From Myxococcota bacterium (lineage in GTDB: Bacteria > Myxococcota_A > UBA796 > GCA-2862545), in assembly GCA_039208735.1 (NCBI GenBank), contig JBCCQY010000002.1, positions 96,001 to 160,000 of the forward strand: DNA of 64,000 nucleotides. Reading direction: 5' to 3'. The number at the start of each line of letters is the position of its first letter. Positions within the stretch are counted from its first letter, which is position 1. Made by a program: the position numbers and the translations under genes. Positions 21,192 through 30,999 of this stretch are shown here, one piece after another. The notes under the pieces were generated by a model, which did not search any database, was not told the DNA's origin, and worked only from the letters and a program-made list of their open reading frames with translations.

Positions 21192-22847
21192 TCAGGCCAT
21201 CCGTCCAACCCCGGCAAATCGAATGCCGGCGAGCGCGGCCGTAGTCTCGTCACACGTAGACAGATCCGAAGGTTGAAACTTGCGGAATGCATCGTGACCG
21301 CAAGCTCGCGCCAACACCTTCATCAGTTCGGTGGCCCCGATGAAGAAATTGGCCAAGCGCGTGGCGCTAGCTTCCACCACAAGCCGCTTGCGAAGGTGTT
21401 CCTTGCGGGTCGCGATGCCGACGGGACAGTTGTTCGTGTTGCAAGCCCGCATGCCAAGGCAACCGATGGCCTGCAGGGCCGCGTTGGAGACCGCAATGGC
21501 GTCTGCTCCGAGCATCAGGGCCTTCACAAAGTCGGTAGGAACGCGCAGGCCGCCGGTCACGATCAAAGTCACCGGCTTGTCGCTGCTCCGCCCCCGGCCG
21601 ATTCGCTCCAGGTAGTGTCGGGCGCGCGCCAGCGCGGGAATGGTCGGCACGCTGATGTGGTCACGGAAGATGACCGGAGCCGCGCCCGTTCCCCCTCCAC
21701 GACCGTCCAAGATGATGTAGTCGGCGGTCGACTCGATCGCGAAGTCGATGTCGTCTTCGATGTGCTGACCGCTCATCTTGAAGCCGATGGGGATGCCGCC
21801 GGTCGCGTCTCGTACCTCATCCGCGACCCGTCGGAAGTCGGCCGGGGTCGAGAGATCGGTGAACGTGGCCGGTGAAATGGCGCTCTGTCCCACCTCGATG
21901 CCACGAACCTGTGCAATGCGCGCATCGACCTTGTGGCCCGGCAGGTGACCCCCCGTGCCCGTCTTGGCTCCCTGACCCGCCTTGAAGTGCATGGCTTGCG
22001 ACTTCTGGGCATTCGCGATGGACCAGCCAAACCGACCGCTGGCCAGTTCAAGCAGATAGCGCGAGTTCGCCTGCTGCTCCTCGGGTAGCATGCCCCCCTC
22101 TCCCGAGCAGATCCCCGTTCCCGCACGCTCCGCGCCCTTGGCGAGCGCGAGCTTGGCTTCCTCCGAGATCGCTCCAAAGCTCATGTCGCTGACGAACAAC
22201 GGAATCTCGAGTTCGAGCGGCTTGTTGCACGCCGGACCGATCACCGTTCGCGTGTCGACGGGATGGTCATCGAGCAACGGCTTGCGCCGCAGCTGGGCCG
22301 TCAGAATCTGAAGATCGTCCCAGGCGGGCAGTTTGTGGTGCGGAACCCCCATGGCCACGGTGACCCCGTGGTGCCCCACTCCGGCGATGCCTTCCCGGGC
22401 GAGGCGTTGGATGAACGCGTTGTGGGGCTCGTCAGGCGTGCCGTGGGGGTCTTGGTAGTCACCAAGGTACGCATCGCGGTTGAAGGGCTGTGGATGCTCG
22501 GTGCGCCACCGTGCGACTTCATCCGCATCGACGGTCACAGACCGTTGGCCATCGACATCCTCAATCCACGCCGAGAATTTCTCGAGAACCTCGTCGTTTT
22601 TGTACTCAGAGACACCGGTGTCGAAACGGTAGTCCCAGTTATGAAGGCCGCAAACGAGGTTGCCACCTTGGATATGACCATCGGCGAGTAGGGCACCCCG
22701 ATGGAGGCAACGCCCATAGAGCACCGAGACCTGATCAGCGCCATCGCGTTCATAGCGAACGATCACGAGGTCGACGTTGGCGACCCGAGCGGGGGTGGGA
22801 GTGAGGGCGGGCAGCTGGTTCCAACGGGCCACGACCACGCGATTCAT
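21192..22847 (-). CDS. Rieske 2Fe-2S + FMN-binding glutamate-synthase-domain protein
   Basis: CLH...CGLH Rieske; MSFGAIS, SGEGG, GQGAKTGTGGHLPG, DGRGGGTGAAP, CLGMRACNTNNC; GGAGGAG RBS. Confidence 0.9.
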   Translation of the reverse strand: MNRVVVARWNQLPALTPTPARVANVDLVIVRYERDGADQVSVLYGRCLHRGALLADGHIQGGNLVCGLHNWDYRFDTGVSEYKNDEVLEKFSAWIEDVDGQRSVTVDADEVARWRTEHPQPFNRDAYLGDYQDPHGTPDEPHNAFIQRLAREGIAGVGHHGVTVAMGVPHHKLPAWDDLQILTAQLRRKPLLDDHPVDTRTVIGPACNKPLELEIPLFVSDMSFGAISEEAKLALAKGAERAGTGICSGEGGMLPEEQQANSRYLLELASGRFGWSIANAQKSQAMHFKAGQGAKTGTGGHLPGHKVDARIAQVRGIEVGQSAISPATFTDLSTPADFRRVADEVRDATGGIPIGFKMSGQHIEDDIDFAIESTADYIILDGRGGGTGAAPVIFRDHISVPTIPALARARHYLERIGRGRSSDKPVTLIVTGGLRVPTDFVKALMLGADAIAVSNAALQAIGCLGMRACNTNNCPVGIATRKEHLRKRLVVEASATRLANFFIGATELMKVLARACGHDAFRKFQPSDLSTCDETTAALAGIRFAGVGRMA

Positions 22848-22937
22848 GGACTCCTCCGATTGTCTAGGAGACTCTACCGGGAACTTGCGCCCCGATGAGT
22901 CCAGTGTGCGAAGATCGGTCCCCCCCCCGGAGGAGAC

Positions 22938-23414
22938 ATGTTGCGCATCACTGCACTTTGGGCCCTGTTGACGGGCTGCGTCGGCACCGAGCCAGACACG
23001 ACCCCAACCGACGAGACGGCCACGCCAACCGAGACCCTCCCTACAGCCGAAACCGGCGAGAAAAAGAGCCCCGATACCCCGCCGGTCGTCACGATTACGA
23101 TGCCCAAAAAGGCACAATCCTCGTTGTTCTACGACGGCTACGACAACGACGCGATGCTCTGGTACAAAGACGTGACCTTCGAGGGCACCGCCACGGACGC
23201 CGAAGACGGCGAACTCTCCGGAGCATCGTTGGTTTGGACGACCAACAAGTCCGGCATTCAAGAAGCCGAACTGGGCACGGGCGGATCGATTACCGCGCGG
23301 CTCTACAGCGACGACTGCTTTGGAGCCACGCACAACATCACGCTGACGGGGACGGACAGCGACGGCAATGCCGTCTCTGCCGTCGTCGAGATCTTCATCT
23401 ACACCGTCTGCTGA
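22938..23414 (+). CDS. Lipoprotein with Ig/PKD-like domain
   Basis: Lipobox LLTGC, Thr/Pro linker, ATDAEDG..LVWT, HNITLTGTDSDG; GGAGGAG RBS. Confidence 0.75.
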   Translation: MLRITALWALLTGCVGTEPDTTPTDETATPTETLPTAETGEKKSPDTPPVVTITMPKKAQSSLFYDGYDNDAMLWYKDVTFEGTATDAEDGELSGASLVWTTNKSGIQEAELGTGGSITARLYSDDCFGATHNITLTGTDSDGNAVSAVVEIFIYTVC

Positions 23415-23417
23415 AGA

Positions 23418-24710
23418 CTACGGAAGGATCTCGTTGGGCGCGATCGTCGTGAGGGTCGTGCTCCCAAGCACGACCGACCGGTCGGTGGCGGCGGTGTTGT
23501 TGTCTCCACCCAGAACGACGGACTCAAGGCCCGAGGCGATGTTGAGGGCCCCGCCGACGACCGCCGAAGTCACGCCGGGCGCCTGATTGGCGTTGCCAGA
23601 CAGAATGACCGCGGCAAGGCCGTCATTGAGGTTGAACGCACCGCCCACGACGACCGCCGAGAATCCGTTGGTGCCGGTCTGGTTGGACTGACCACCCACC
23701 ACCGACGACAGAATGCCGGTGGTGGTGTTGCTCACGCCTCCAAGCACGGTAGAAGCGGGGCCCAACGCCTGGTTGCCCGAACCGAAGGCCACCGAGAAGT
23801 CGGTGATGACGTTGTCGAGGCCTGACACCATGGAAGCCACGCCCGTCCACTCGTGACCATCGCCGATGATCAGGTTGTGGCTCCCCGTCCGCACCGGGTT
23901 GGCCACGGGCGGGTTGTTGGCCGGGTCAGGCAAGGCATTGTAACCGATAACCAGATTACCAAGTCCCGTAAGCGCCCCATCGTCGTCGGTGAAGCCCGAG
24001 CCCGACTGGACGAACAGGTTGGCCCCGCTGAAGACGATCTCGTTGTTCATCGTGTCGACCGTCACGTAGCTGAGCAAGTCGCTCGCATCCCCCAACCCAT
24101 CGAGATCCGACTGGGTCAGGTAATCGGCCTCGATGACCGCGATACGATCTTCGACCGCCTGGAGGTCGGGCGGAGTGTTGACGTTGGCCAAGACGAAGGC
24201 CTCGGTGGCCAAGCCCACCAAGTCGCCCGCGGTGAGGTAATCGGCCTCGATGAACGACACGCGCGTCGACACCGCCGCCGTTGCGTCCGACAGCGCCGTC
24301 GCCGTGGCCTGCGTCAGGTAATCCACCTCGATGGCCCCTACGCGCGCCGACACCGCATCGGTCGCGTTCGTGAGCGCCACCGCATCCTTCTGGGTGAGGT
24401 AGTCCACCTCGATGTCGGCAACCCGTTGTTCGAGGTCCGTCGGAAGGGCATCGACCGCCATCTGTAGCGCATCATCAGCCGCTTCCAGCTCTGCATCCGC
24501 ATCTTCGAGTTCAAGATCCTTGGCTTCAAGCGCCGTAACCGCCGTTTCAAGTTGGGTGCGCAAGTCCTCAATCTCGTCCGTGGCGTCCATCAACGCGTTC
24601 TCGAGATCATCGAGACGCTGCTGGTCGGCGTCCGAGGTGCCACCGAACGAACAGGCGACCGAGGTGAGCGGGATCAGCGAAAACAGCATCAAACGAAGCA
24701 TAATGACCAT
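23418..24710 (-). CDS. Lipoprotein with coiled-coil stalk and beta-roll head repeats (fibre-like)
   Basis: SVAC lipobox, heptad region, 4x IE[VA]DYLT, C-terminal SxVxGGxxN 14-aa repeats. Confidence 0.75.
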   Translation of the reverse strand: MVIMLRLMLFSLIPLTSVACSFGGTSDADQQRLDDLENALMDATDEIEDLRTQLETAVTALEAKDLELEDADAELEAADDALQMAVDALPTDLEQRVADIEVDYLTQKDAVALTNATDAVSARVGAIEVDYLTQATATALSDATAAVSTRVSFIEADYLTAGDLVGLATEAFVLANVNTPPDLQAVEDRIAVIEADYLTQSDLDGLGDASDLLSYVTVDTMNNEIVFSGANLFVQSGSGFTDDDGALTGLGNLVIGYNALPDPANNPPVANPVRTGSHNLIIGDGHEWTGVASMVSGLDNVITDFSVAFGSGNQALGPASTVLGGVSNTTTGILSSVVGGQSNQTGTNGFSAVVVGGAFNLNDGLAAVILSGNANQAPGVTSAVVGGALNIASGLESVVLGGDNNTAATDRSVVLGSTTLTTIAPNEILP

Positions 24711-24775
24711 CCATCGTGGGAAGGGGCAGCCAAAGTAGCCGGTCGATGCAGGATCAGCTGGCAGAAGTTGACCGC

Positions 24776-25906
24776 CTAATCTTCCCCGCTTTCTTCCTCG
24801 GGTTCTGGCAGCAGCGACTTACGAATGCGGTGCCACACATACCCGGCATCCGAACCGGGATCGTCCCATCGACCTGAGAACCTTCCGCAAAAGCTCGATT
24901 TCAAGATCTCCGCGAGGAGCGCATCGTCGGCCTTCTCCATGAGCGGATGCTTGAGATAAATGCACACTTCATCGGTGGCCCGAACCGACAGGCCCGCTAC
25001 GAGCTCTTTGGCATCGCGAACCTCGTTAGCGAGCTTCACGATGGTCTTGAGCCGTGCCTTCGAGACCTCGGGATGCCGCCGATGCAGCAACTTGACCTCT
25101 TCCTCCGCGGGCAGGTAGGTCACCTGAAGAGGCGCAAAGCGGTCGAGTTGGGCCGCATCGATCGAAAAGGTTCCGGTGAACGCCGACCCCCGATTGACTG
25201 CGGCCACAAACTGTACGTTGTCAGGAATGTCGAGGAACGCGTTGGTGACAGGATCGAAGAGCTTCCGAGTGCTGTCCAACGCGGGCATCAGCGTATTGCG
25301 CGCGGCTTCTGGACAACGATTCAGCTCGTCGAGGAACACGAGGTAGCGCCCATCGTCCTCGCGCGCCTCGAACAGCGCGGCCCGCAGGTCCGTCGAGACG
25401 AAATCGGTGATGGGCACCCCACCTTCACCGGCTCGGACTTGAATCGTGGCCATGAAGTCGGTCGCTTCAATGACCGAACTGCAGTTGAAGAATACGAACC
25501 GCATGCCCAACGTCTCGGAGATTGCGCGGGCGAGAACAGTTTTCCCAGAGCCCTGTGGACCATCGAGCAGAATGTTGAGGCCACTTTCGAGAAGCACCTG
25601 TAGCTTTCGCGAAACCACAGGATCCAGATAGATCCCATCGATCTGAAGCGCATGGGCCCGCACGAACTCCACCTCGATCCAGCCCCGGTCGCTCCGTTCG
25701 GGTTTGTGGACCTCGACAATGCGCACCTCGGTCCGCATACCAGGTCGAATGCGCGGATCGTCGGACAATACGACTTTGGGAGCGCGCTTACCGTCGAGGT
25801 GAGTCGCCCGATAACGGTATTTGGAGCTATCAACCGGGTTGACGAAAAACGTGGTGGACATCGTCTTACCGACGTGGATCTCGTGGACCTTCCACTTGCC
25901 GCTCAT
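24776..25906 (-). CDS. MoxR-family AAA+ ATPase with extra N-terminal beta-rich domain
   Basis: Walker A GPQGSGKT, Walker B VFLDELNR, AAVN sensor, AQLDRF Arg finger, LSVR sensor 2. Confidence 0.9.
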   Translation of the reverse strand: MSGKWKVHEIHVGKTMSTTFFVNPVDSSKYRYRATHLDGKRAPKVVLSDDPRIRPGMRTEVRIVEVHKPERSDRGWIEVEFVRAHALQIDGIYLDPVVSRKLQVLLESGLNILLDGPQGSGKTVLARAISETLGMRFVFFNCSSVIEATDFMATIQVRAGEGGVPITDFVSTDLRAALFEAREDDGRYLVFLDELNRCPEAARNTLMPALDSTRKLFDPVTNAFLDIPDNVQFVAAVNRGSAFTGTFSIDAAQLDRFAPLQVTYLPAEEEVKLLHRRHPEVSKARLKTIVKLANEVRDAKELVAGLSVRATDEVCIYLKHPLMEKADDALLAEILKSSFCGRFSGRWDDPGSDAGYVWHRIRKSLLPEPEEESGED

Positions 25907-25914
25907 GAACTCTC

Positions 25915-28900
25915 CTACCGGCGCGCACGCATCGTGGTTGCCACGAGGCCCTGGACGATGCGGCCGAAGCGGCGCACCGCATCGCCGGTTTCATCGTTCA
26001 GCACCTCGACGTAATGGTCGAAACAGGGCTCGCGAATCGGCGCGACCGCGACCTGGGCGCAGGCCATGCCTTCGCGAGAGAGTCTGCGGACCAGCCCGAT
26101 GAGTGCGTTCGAGGTGCACTCCGTGGGAAGCCCATCGCTGATCATGACGAGGAGCTTGACGTCGCGGGGGCTTCGTCGCGCCAGCGTTGCGACATGGTGC
26201 AACGCCGCCGCATCGTTGTTGCCGCCCTCCGTACGCAAGGCATGGGCCGCACTGCGCATGGCGTTGCCCGCATCGAACAGCTTCGAGTCGGTAAAGCCAA
26301 AGGTCCGAAGATCGACGCTCGCCAGTCCTCGGCAGGCTTCAGCCATCAAGGTTGCAAATCGGCGAGCCCGCTCGAGCCGGGCTCCGCCCATCGAGCCCGA
26401 ACAATCCACGCAGACGCCGACGAACAGGTCGTTGGCCGGCATGCGAACCCGACTCACCAAGATGCGCGGATCCCGTCGGAGCGCAGCGTGCACCAAACGC
26501 CCTCGATCGATGCGATGCCCTTGGGTGCGGGGCTTGACCGGTCGGGTGGCCAAGCCCAAATCGGCGAGAGCGGCCCGAAGTTGGCTTGCCGGTCGCTGAA
26601 CATCACGGGCGAGCCGGGCGTGCGCCACCGGATCATGGGACAGGACCTCGATGGTTTCAATGCGGTCGAATTCGGTTTCATCCCCTACATTGATGGTGTC
26701 GGGGCCGGCGGCCCCTTCGCCAAACCCCTTGGGCTTCTCCCGAATGCGCTGGAGTTCATCGGCTTTGCCTTGAACCTCCTCGTCGGTGACCCCACGGCCA
26801 CCCGGAATCGCCTCACCATCGCCCCCCGCCGAGGTTTCGTGCAGGTCGACGAGGTCCATGAGGTTGACGTCATCCCCAAACAACTCGTGCAGCGCGAGGG
26901 TGACCTTCCACAGTCCCTCGTTGTCGAGCTTCCGGAACCCCTTCCCAAACAGGGCCAGACCCTTCTCAACGAGCGGATCCCCGTGCCGATTGCCAAGCCC
27001 CATGCGCAGGGCCCGCACAAAGCGGGCGAAGCTCGATCCCTCGGCTTCGAGCTGCCGGAACAGCCGGCCCATTTCGATGGTGACGCAGCCCACCGTCCGC
27101 GCCACGCCCATCGAGGTGGCGATGAGGCGGTCGACCGACATGCCAAGGCGCTCGATGAGCGTGAGCACGTGGATGTCGGTGCGGGTGTGAAGGAACGCCC
27201 ACGCGGCCAACCGCTTGAGCACAAGGTCGTAGCCAGGCTTCATCGATCGCAAATTGCGTTCAAGATGCTCGTCGCACACGAGATTGTGAAGACGCTGAAG
27301 CTTCTTCTCCCCCGCCCGTTTCCAAACCTCGAGGCCTTCTCGGCTTGCGTTGTAGAGGTGGTGCCCAAGTTCGTGGATGAGCAGTCCCTTCAGAATCGCC
27401 GCGCCATTCCGCTCCCGGCGCAACAGCGGCAGCGGATTGACGTAGACGCGGTCCTGCTCGAGACGGGTATAGCCGAGCGACTCCCCTCCAATGAGCTGAA
27501 CGCCGAAGTCCCGATCGAGCAGGTCGCGGGCCTGGTCGCGCCCCCACAACACAACGCGAGCAAGCCGCCCCACCACCCGTTGCTTGATGTGGCGATTGTC
27601 CAGGTGATTAAGGGCTTCACGCTGTACCGCCTCTTGGTCGCAGTCGTTGAGGATGGCCAGCGCGGCCCTCGTCCGCTCAAACAAGGGCACATGGGAGGCG
27701 ACAACCGCCGTGAGCAGGGCGCTTGGCGGCACAAGGTCCGTCCCGGCCAGCACACCGGCTCGCGCGACTTCGTCGGCCCCCCGTGGGGCGAGTTCGACGA
27801 AGGGCTGGGTGTCGTTGCGCACCTGCTCCATGCGCCGCGCGGCCAGGATGGGTGCGCCCAGCGAGTCTCCCCGCGTGGCCAACGCTTCAGCCGCGGTCAG
27901 CCGAATCTTGGCCATCCGGTTCCGACCATGACGTAAGAACCGTCGTAGCGGCTCAATCTCCCGCCCATCGGGCTCCTCGATCAGCAAGAGCACGGCCCAG
28001 CGGTAAGCAGGGAAATGCGGGCTATCGACCAGAGCGATGGCAAGTTCCATGCTTCGGTCTGAGGGGGCATGGGCAAGCCAACGCGTGAAACGGGCGTGAT
28101 CGAGCCACGATCGAGCCTCATCGGTATGGGGGGCCACCATTGCGGCGACCGCCGGTTCGACGCAATCTACGTCGTCGAGGAACGCTCCTTCCGCCAACGC
28201 CAATGCCACGTGGAAGCGCACCTGTGGGGGGCGCGACGGATCGGCGAGGGTCTCGGCCAGAAGGCGAAGGGCATCCGAGTCCGACACAAGGGCAACCGCC
28301 TGGCAGAGCACGGCGGGATTGCGGCCCGGAGTCTCCACGAGAGCGTGAACGAGCGCGCGTCCGCCTTCTGGAAGCTCGAGAAGGCGCAACGAAGCCAGTT
28401 CCGCCCAGCCTCGCTCACCGCGCTGAACAATGTCGATGAGCACCGCCACGTCCGTGAGAGATTCCACGCCCTGCGGCACCTCCACGGTCTCGCCCGGCGG
28501 CTCCTCCGTCCCCGACGGTGGTTCGACGCCCAGCCACGCAGCGAGTTCGGCGACGGTTCGCGGAGGAAGCTCCCCGAGTCGGGCTTCCACAGGCTCGCGA
28601 TACGCCGAGAGGTCGATGCCCAAATGCACCATCGCGTTCAAGATCAGGGCCGCCTGTCGGGTGACGTCGGCGAAATCGGGGCGACTGGCAACATAGGCCC
28701 GGGGTGAGCCCGACGTGGCGTTCGCTCCATCGAAGGAACGGACGACGATCGTCAAGAATCGATCGTGCGCCACCTCGACCAGCGTTGTCGGCACACGCCA
28801 CCGCCAACGACCGCACAAGTGCCGAACGGCTTGCCACAGTCGATGCCGAAGCCGAGTGGACGGGAGCTCGAGCGAACGGGCCAGGACGGCGGCGAGGTCC

Positions 28901-30990
28901 TGGGCCTGGTCGGTCGCCCACGACACAAAGACGGAAAACGGGCGATCCCAGCGCCACAACCATGCCGCCATCGCCGTTCCCACCTGATCGTCCTGACCAA
29001 AGTTCTTGACGGCGCGGGTCTCGAGTTCGTGCCAAAACGCGTCGGTGGATTCGCTGTAGTCCTCCAGAAGCCGGCCAACCGATTCGAGACGATCCCCAGA
29101 CAACAACAGGGCCAAGCATGCCTCGATGCTGGGCTGTGGCTTGCGGTTGTCCAGCGCTTCAACGACCCCGCGGCTGCGCGCGGACAACGCCGGAGCCAAC
29201 GCCGTGGCAAGCTGCTTGGGAGTCGCGGTCTTGATTCGGTTGAGTTCGGCATTGGTAAGACCACGGCCTGGCGAGGCCTCGGCCAACCGGGCCATGGCGA
29301 CCTCGACCGGCGCCAAAACCTCGCGTGCCCATGCCTGAATGCCCGAATGCCCATGGTGTTGCAGGGCTTTGGCCACCTCCTGCTGCAACGCCCAGGGCAG
29401 CGCATCTTCCTTGCGATCCAAGTCGACGAGCCGCTGCAGCGCTGCACCGGACAGATCATCCACCACGGAAGACCCCAGAGCCACCAAGGCCTGCGTCACC
29501 AAGTGATGGACGAACCCACCCGACAACGCCTGCTCCAGCACCGCGGAAAGCGCGGCCACCGTGTTGAACGGAGGGTGGCGAGCCAGCTTCGTGACGTGCC
29601 GCTCGCGGATGGCTCCGTTCCGATCCAGACTGGCGAGAGCGGCAAGAACCTCCCGCAACAATGCATCCTGTTCCGCTTCCCCCCAGTCCGAGGGGCGAGC
29701 TTCGAGCAGCAACAAGGCCTCTTTGGGAAGCCGTACGGCAGCGTGCGCGATGAGGGTCGCGGTGGCGCGTCCATGCTGGTTCAGCACGTCCAACAACAGC
29801 GTTCGGCGAGCGGACTTGTCACGGCGCGTCTGCACCGGTACCGCGAGCAGCCGGCCCCCCGCGTCTGGGTCCTCCACCATCGCGTTGACCAGCGCATCCC
29901 GGCGAAGGTCCGGATGCTGCAGCAGCGTGTCGAACGCGTTGGGCCCCGCCAGCCGGACCAACCCGGTCAGCCCGTCGATCGACACCGCGTCCCAGGGCAC
30001 GTGCTCAAACAGCCCGTCTTGCACCTCGGAGGGGAGACTCCCTTGGACCGCGCGGGCGTAGTGTGGCAACGCGGGCCACAGCCGATCGGGGTGCATCAGA
30101 CGGGCCAGGCCAGGGAACCCCGCCAGAGCCAATGCCAACCCGAGGGGCCACCAATCCAACTTCGAAAGCACCACCACCACACTGATCGCCAGGCGACGTT
30201 CGTGGTCGGTCAGCGCACCGCCCGATGCGACGTCGTGGAGCCACTGTTCCACGATGCTTGTCGCATGTGGATCTTCGGCCATCGCTCCACTGATGATGGT
30301 TCGAACCAACTCATCCAAACTGTCGGACTGGGACCGCCACGCGAGGATTTGCTCGCCCAACGGCTCGTCCTTGGTGGGCGCCGGATTCCGGGTCGCGGAA
30401 AAGACGGTGACGATGGCCTCGAGCTGATGACGCCAATCCAGACTGGCCAAGCAACGGAAGACCAGCCCCGTGGCCAGACCGCCCCGTTTGGTCAGGCGCA
30501 TCAGATCACCGACGCTGCCCGGCTCGAGCCCATGTACGAGCAGGCGGGCCTCGAGCATCGGCCCCACCTCGGGGTCGCCAAGCAACGGCAGCAACGACCA
30601 CTGTGGCATCGCGGCATGGCTCGGCATCGCCTCGAGGGTCTGTTGACGGACATCGGACCGCGGATGGTACAGCCCGTGGACCCACAGCAATCGGTCCATC
30701 CGACCCACCACGGCACACGACCGCATCGCGGCGGCCCGAACCGCGTCCTCCTCATCGTCGAGGGCTCGAACCAGAGCCGTGCGGGCCCCGAGTCCGGTGG
30801 CCCCCTCAAAGGCCGCGAGGGCCGCCACCCGAACGGCCGGCGCATCATGGTCCAACAATGCCTCGACCCGTGCGAAATACGGCCAACGGTCTGAGGCCGA
30901 AAGCTCCGCGAGGGCGTCGAGCCACTCAACCAGCTCATCATCCGACCGTTCCGGGTCGGTGAGGGCGTTCCAACAATCCAAGTCACGCAT
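25915..30990 (-). CDS. Large HEAT/ARM-repeat protein with HExxH zincin-like domain and C-terminal vWA domain
   Basis: LLDHDAPAVRVAALAAF / ALDDEEDAVRAAA HEAT repeats; HELGH (27361-27375) followed by NLVCDEHLE; MIDAS DCSGS, GGNND, MISDG; probable ATG at 30990. Confidence 0.85.
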   Translation of the reverse strand: MRDLDCWNALTDPERSDDELVEWLDALAELSASDRWPYFARVEALLDHDAPAVRVAALAAFEGATGLGARTALVRALDDEEDAVRAAAMRSCAVVGRMDRLLWVHGLYHPRSDVRQQTLEAMPSHAAMPQWSLLPLLGDPEVGPMLEARLLVHGLEPGSVGDLMRLTKRGGLATGLVFRCLASLDWRHQLEAIVTVFSATRNPAPTKDEPLGEQILAWRSQSDSLDELVRTIISGAMAEDPHATSIVEQWLHDVASGGALTDHERRLAISVVVVLSKLDWWPLGLALALAGFPGLARLMHPDRLWPALPHYARAVQGSLPSEVQDGLFEHVPWDAVSIDGLTGLVRLAGPNAFDTLLQHPDLRRDALVNAMVEDPDAGGRLLAVPVQTRRDKSARRTLLLDVLNQHGRATATLIAHAAVRLPKEALLLLEARPSDWGEAEQDALLREVLAALASLDRNGAIRERHVTKLARHPPFNTVAALSAVLEQALSGGFVHHLVTQALVALGSSVVDDLSGAALQRLVDLDRKEDALPWALQQEVAKALQHHGHSGIQAWAREVLAPVEVAMARLAEASPGRGLTNAELNRIKTATPKQLATALAPALSARSRGVVEALDNRKPQPSIEACLALLLSGDRLESVGRLLEDYSESTDAFWHELETRAVKNFGQDDQVGTAMAAWLWRWDRPFSVFVSWATDQAQDLAAVLARSLELPSTRLRHRLWQAVRHLCGRWRWRVPTTLVEVAHDRFLTIVVRSFDGANATSGSPRAYVASRPDFADVTRQAALILNAMVHLGIDLSAYREPVEARLGELPPRTVAELAAWLGVEPPSGTEEPPGETVEVPQGVESLTDVAVLIDIVQRGERGWAELASLRLLELPEGGRALVHALVETPGRNPAVLCQAVALVSDSDALRLLAETLADPSRPPQVRFHVALALAEGAFLDDVDCVEPAVAAMVAPHTDEARSWLDHARFTRWLAHAPSDRSMELAIALVDSPHFPAYRWAVLLLIEEPDGREIEPLRRFLRHGRNRMAKIRLTAAEALATRGDSLGAPILAARRMEQVRNDTQPFVELAPRGADEVARAGVLAGTDLVPPSALLTAVVASHVPLFERTRAALAILNDCDQEAVQREALNHLDNRHIKQRVVGRLARVVLWGRDQARDLLDRDFGVQLIGGESLGYTRLEQDRVYVNPLPLLRRERNGAAILKGLLIHELGHHLYNASREGLEVWKRAGEKKLQRLHNLVCDEHLERNLRSMKPGYDLVLKRLAAWAFLHTRTDIHVLTLIERLGMSVDRLIATSMGVARTVGCVTIEMGRLFRQLEAEGSSFARFVRALRMGLGNRHGDPLVEKGLALFGKGFRKLDNEGLWKVTLALHELFGDDVNLMDLVDLHETSAGGDGEAIPGGRGVTDEEVQGKADELQRIREKPKGFGEGAAGPDTINVGDETEFDRIETIEVLSHDPVAHARLARDVQRPASQLRAALADLGLATRPVKPRTQGHRIDRGRLVHAALRRDPRILVSRVRMPANDLFVGVCVDCSGSMGGARLERARRFATLMAEACRGLASVDLRTFGFTDSKLFDAGNAMRSAAHALRTEGGNNDAAALHHVATLARRSPRDVKLLVMISDGLPTECTSNALIGLVRRLSREGMACAQVAVAPIREPCFDHYVEVLNDETGDAVRRFGRIVQGLVATTMRARR

Positions 30991-30999
30991 GACGTGCCC

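Noticed and set aside
20936..21244. 102-aa plus-strand ORF in the 20730-21190 gap
   Set aside because: No RBS or recognisable motif and overlaps the convergent gene end; cannot support it
22920..22928. C9 tract (also G9 within the CDS at 36130-36138) as phase-variation sites
   Set aside because: Short tracts are expected at this GC content; frames are intact; no population data
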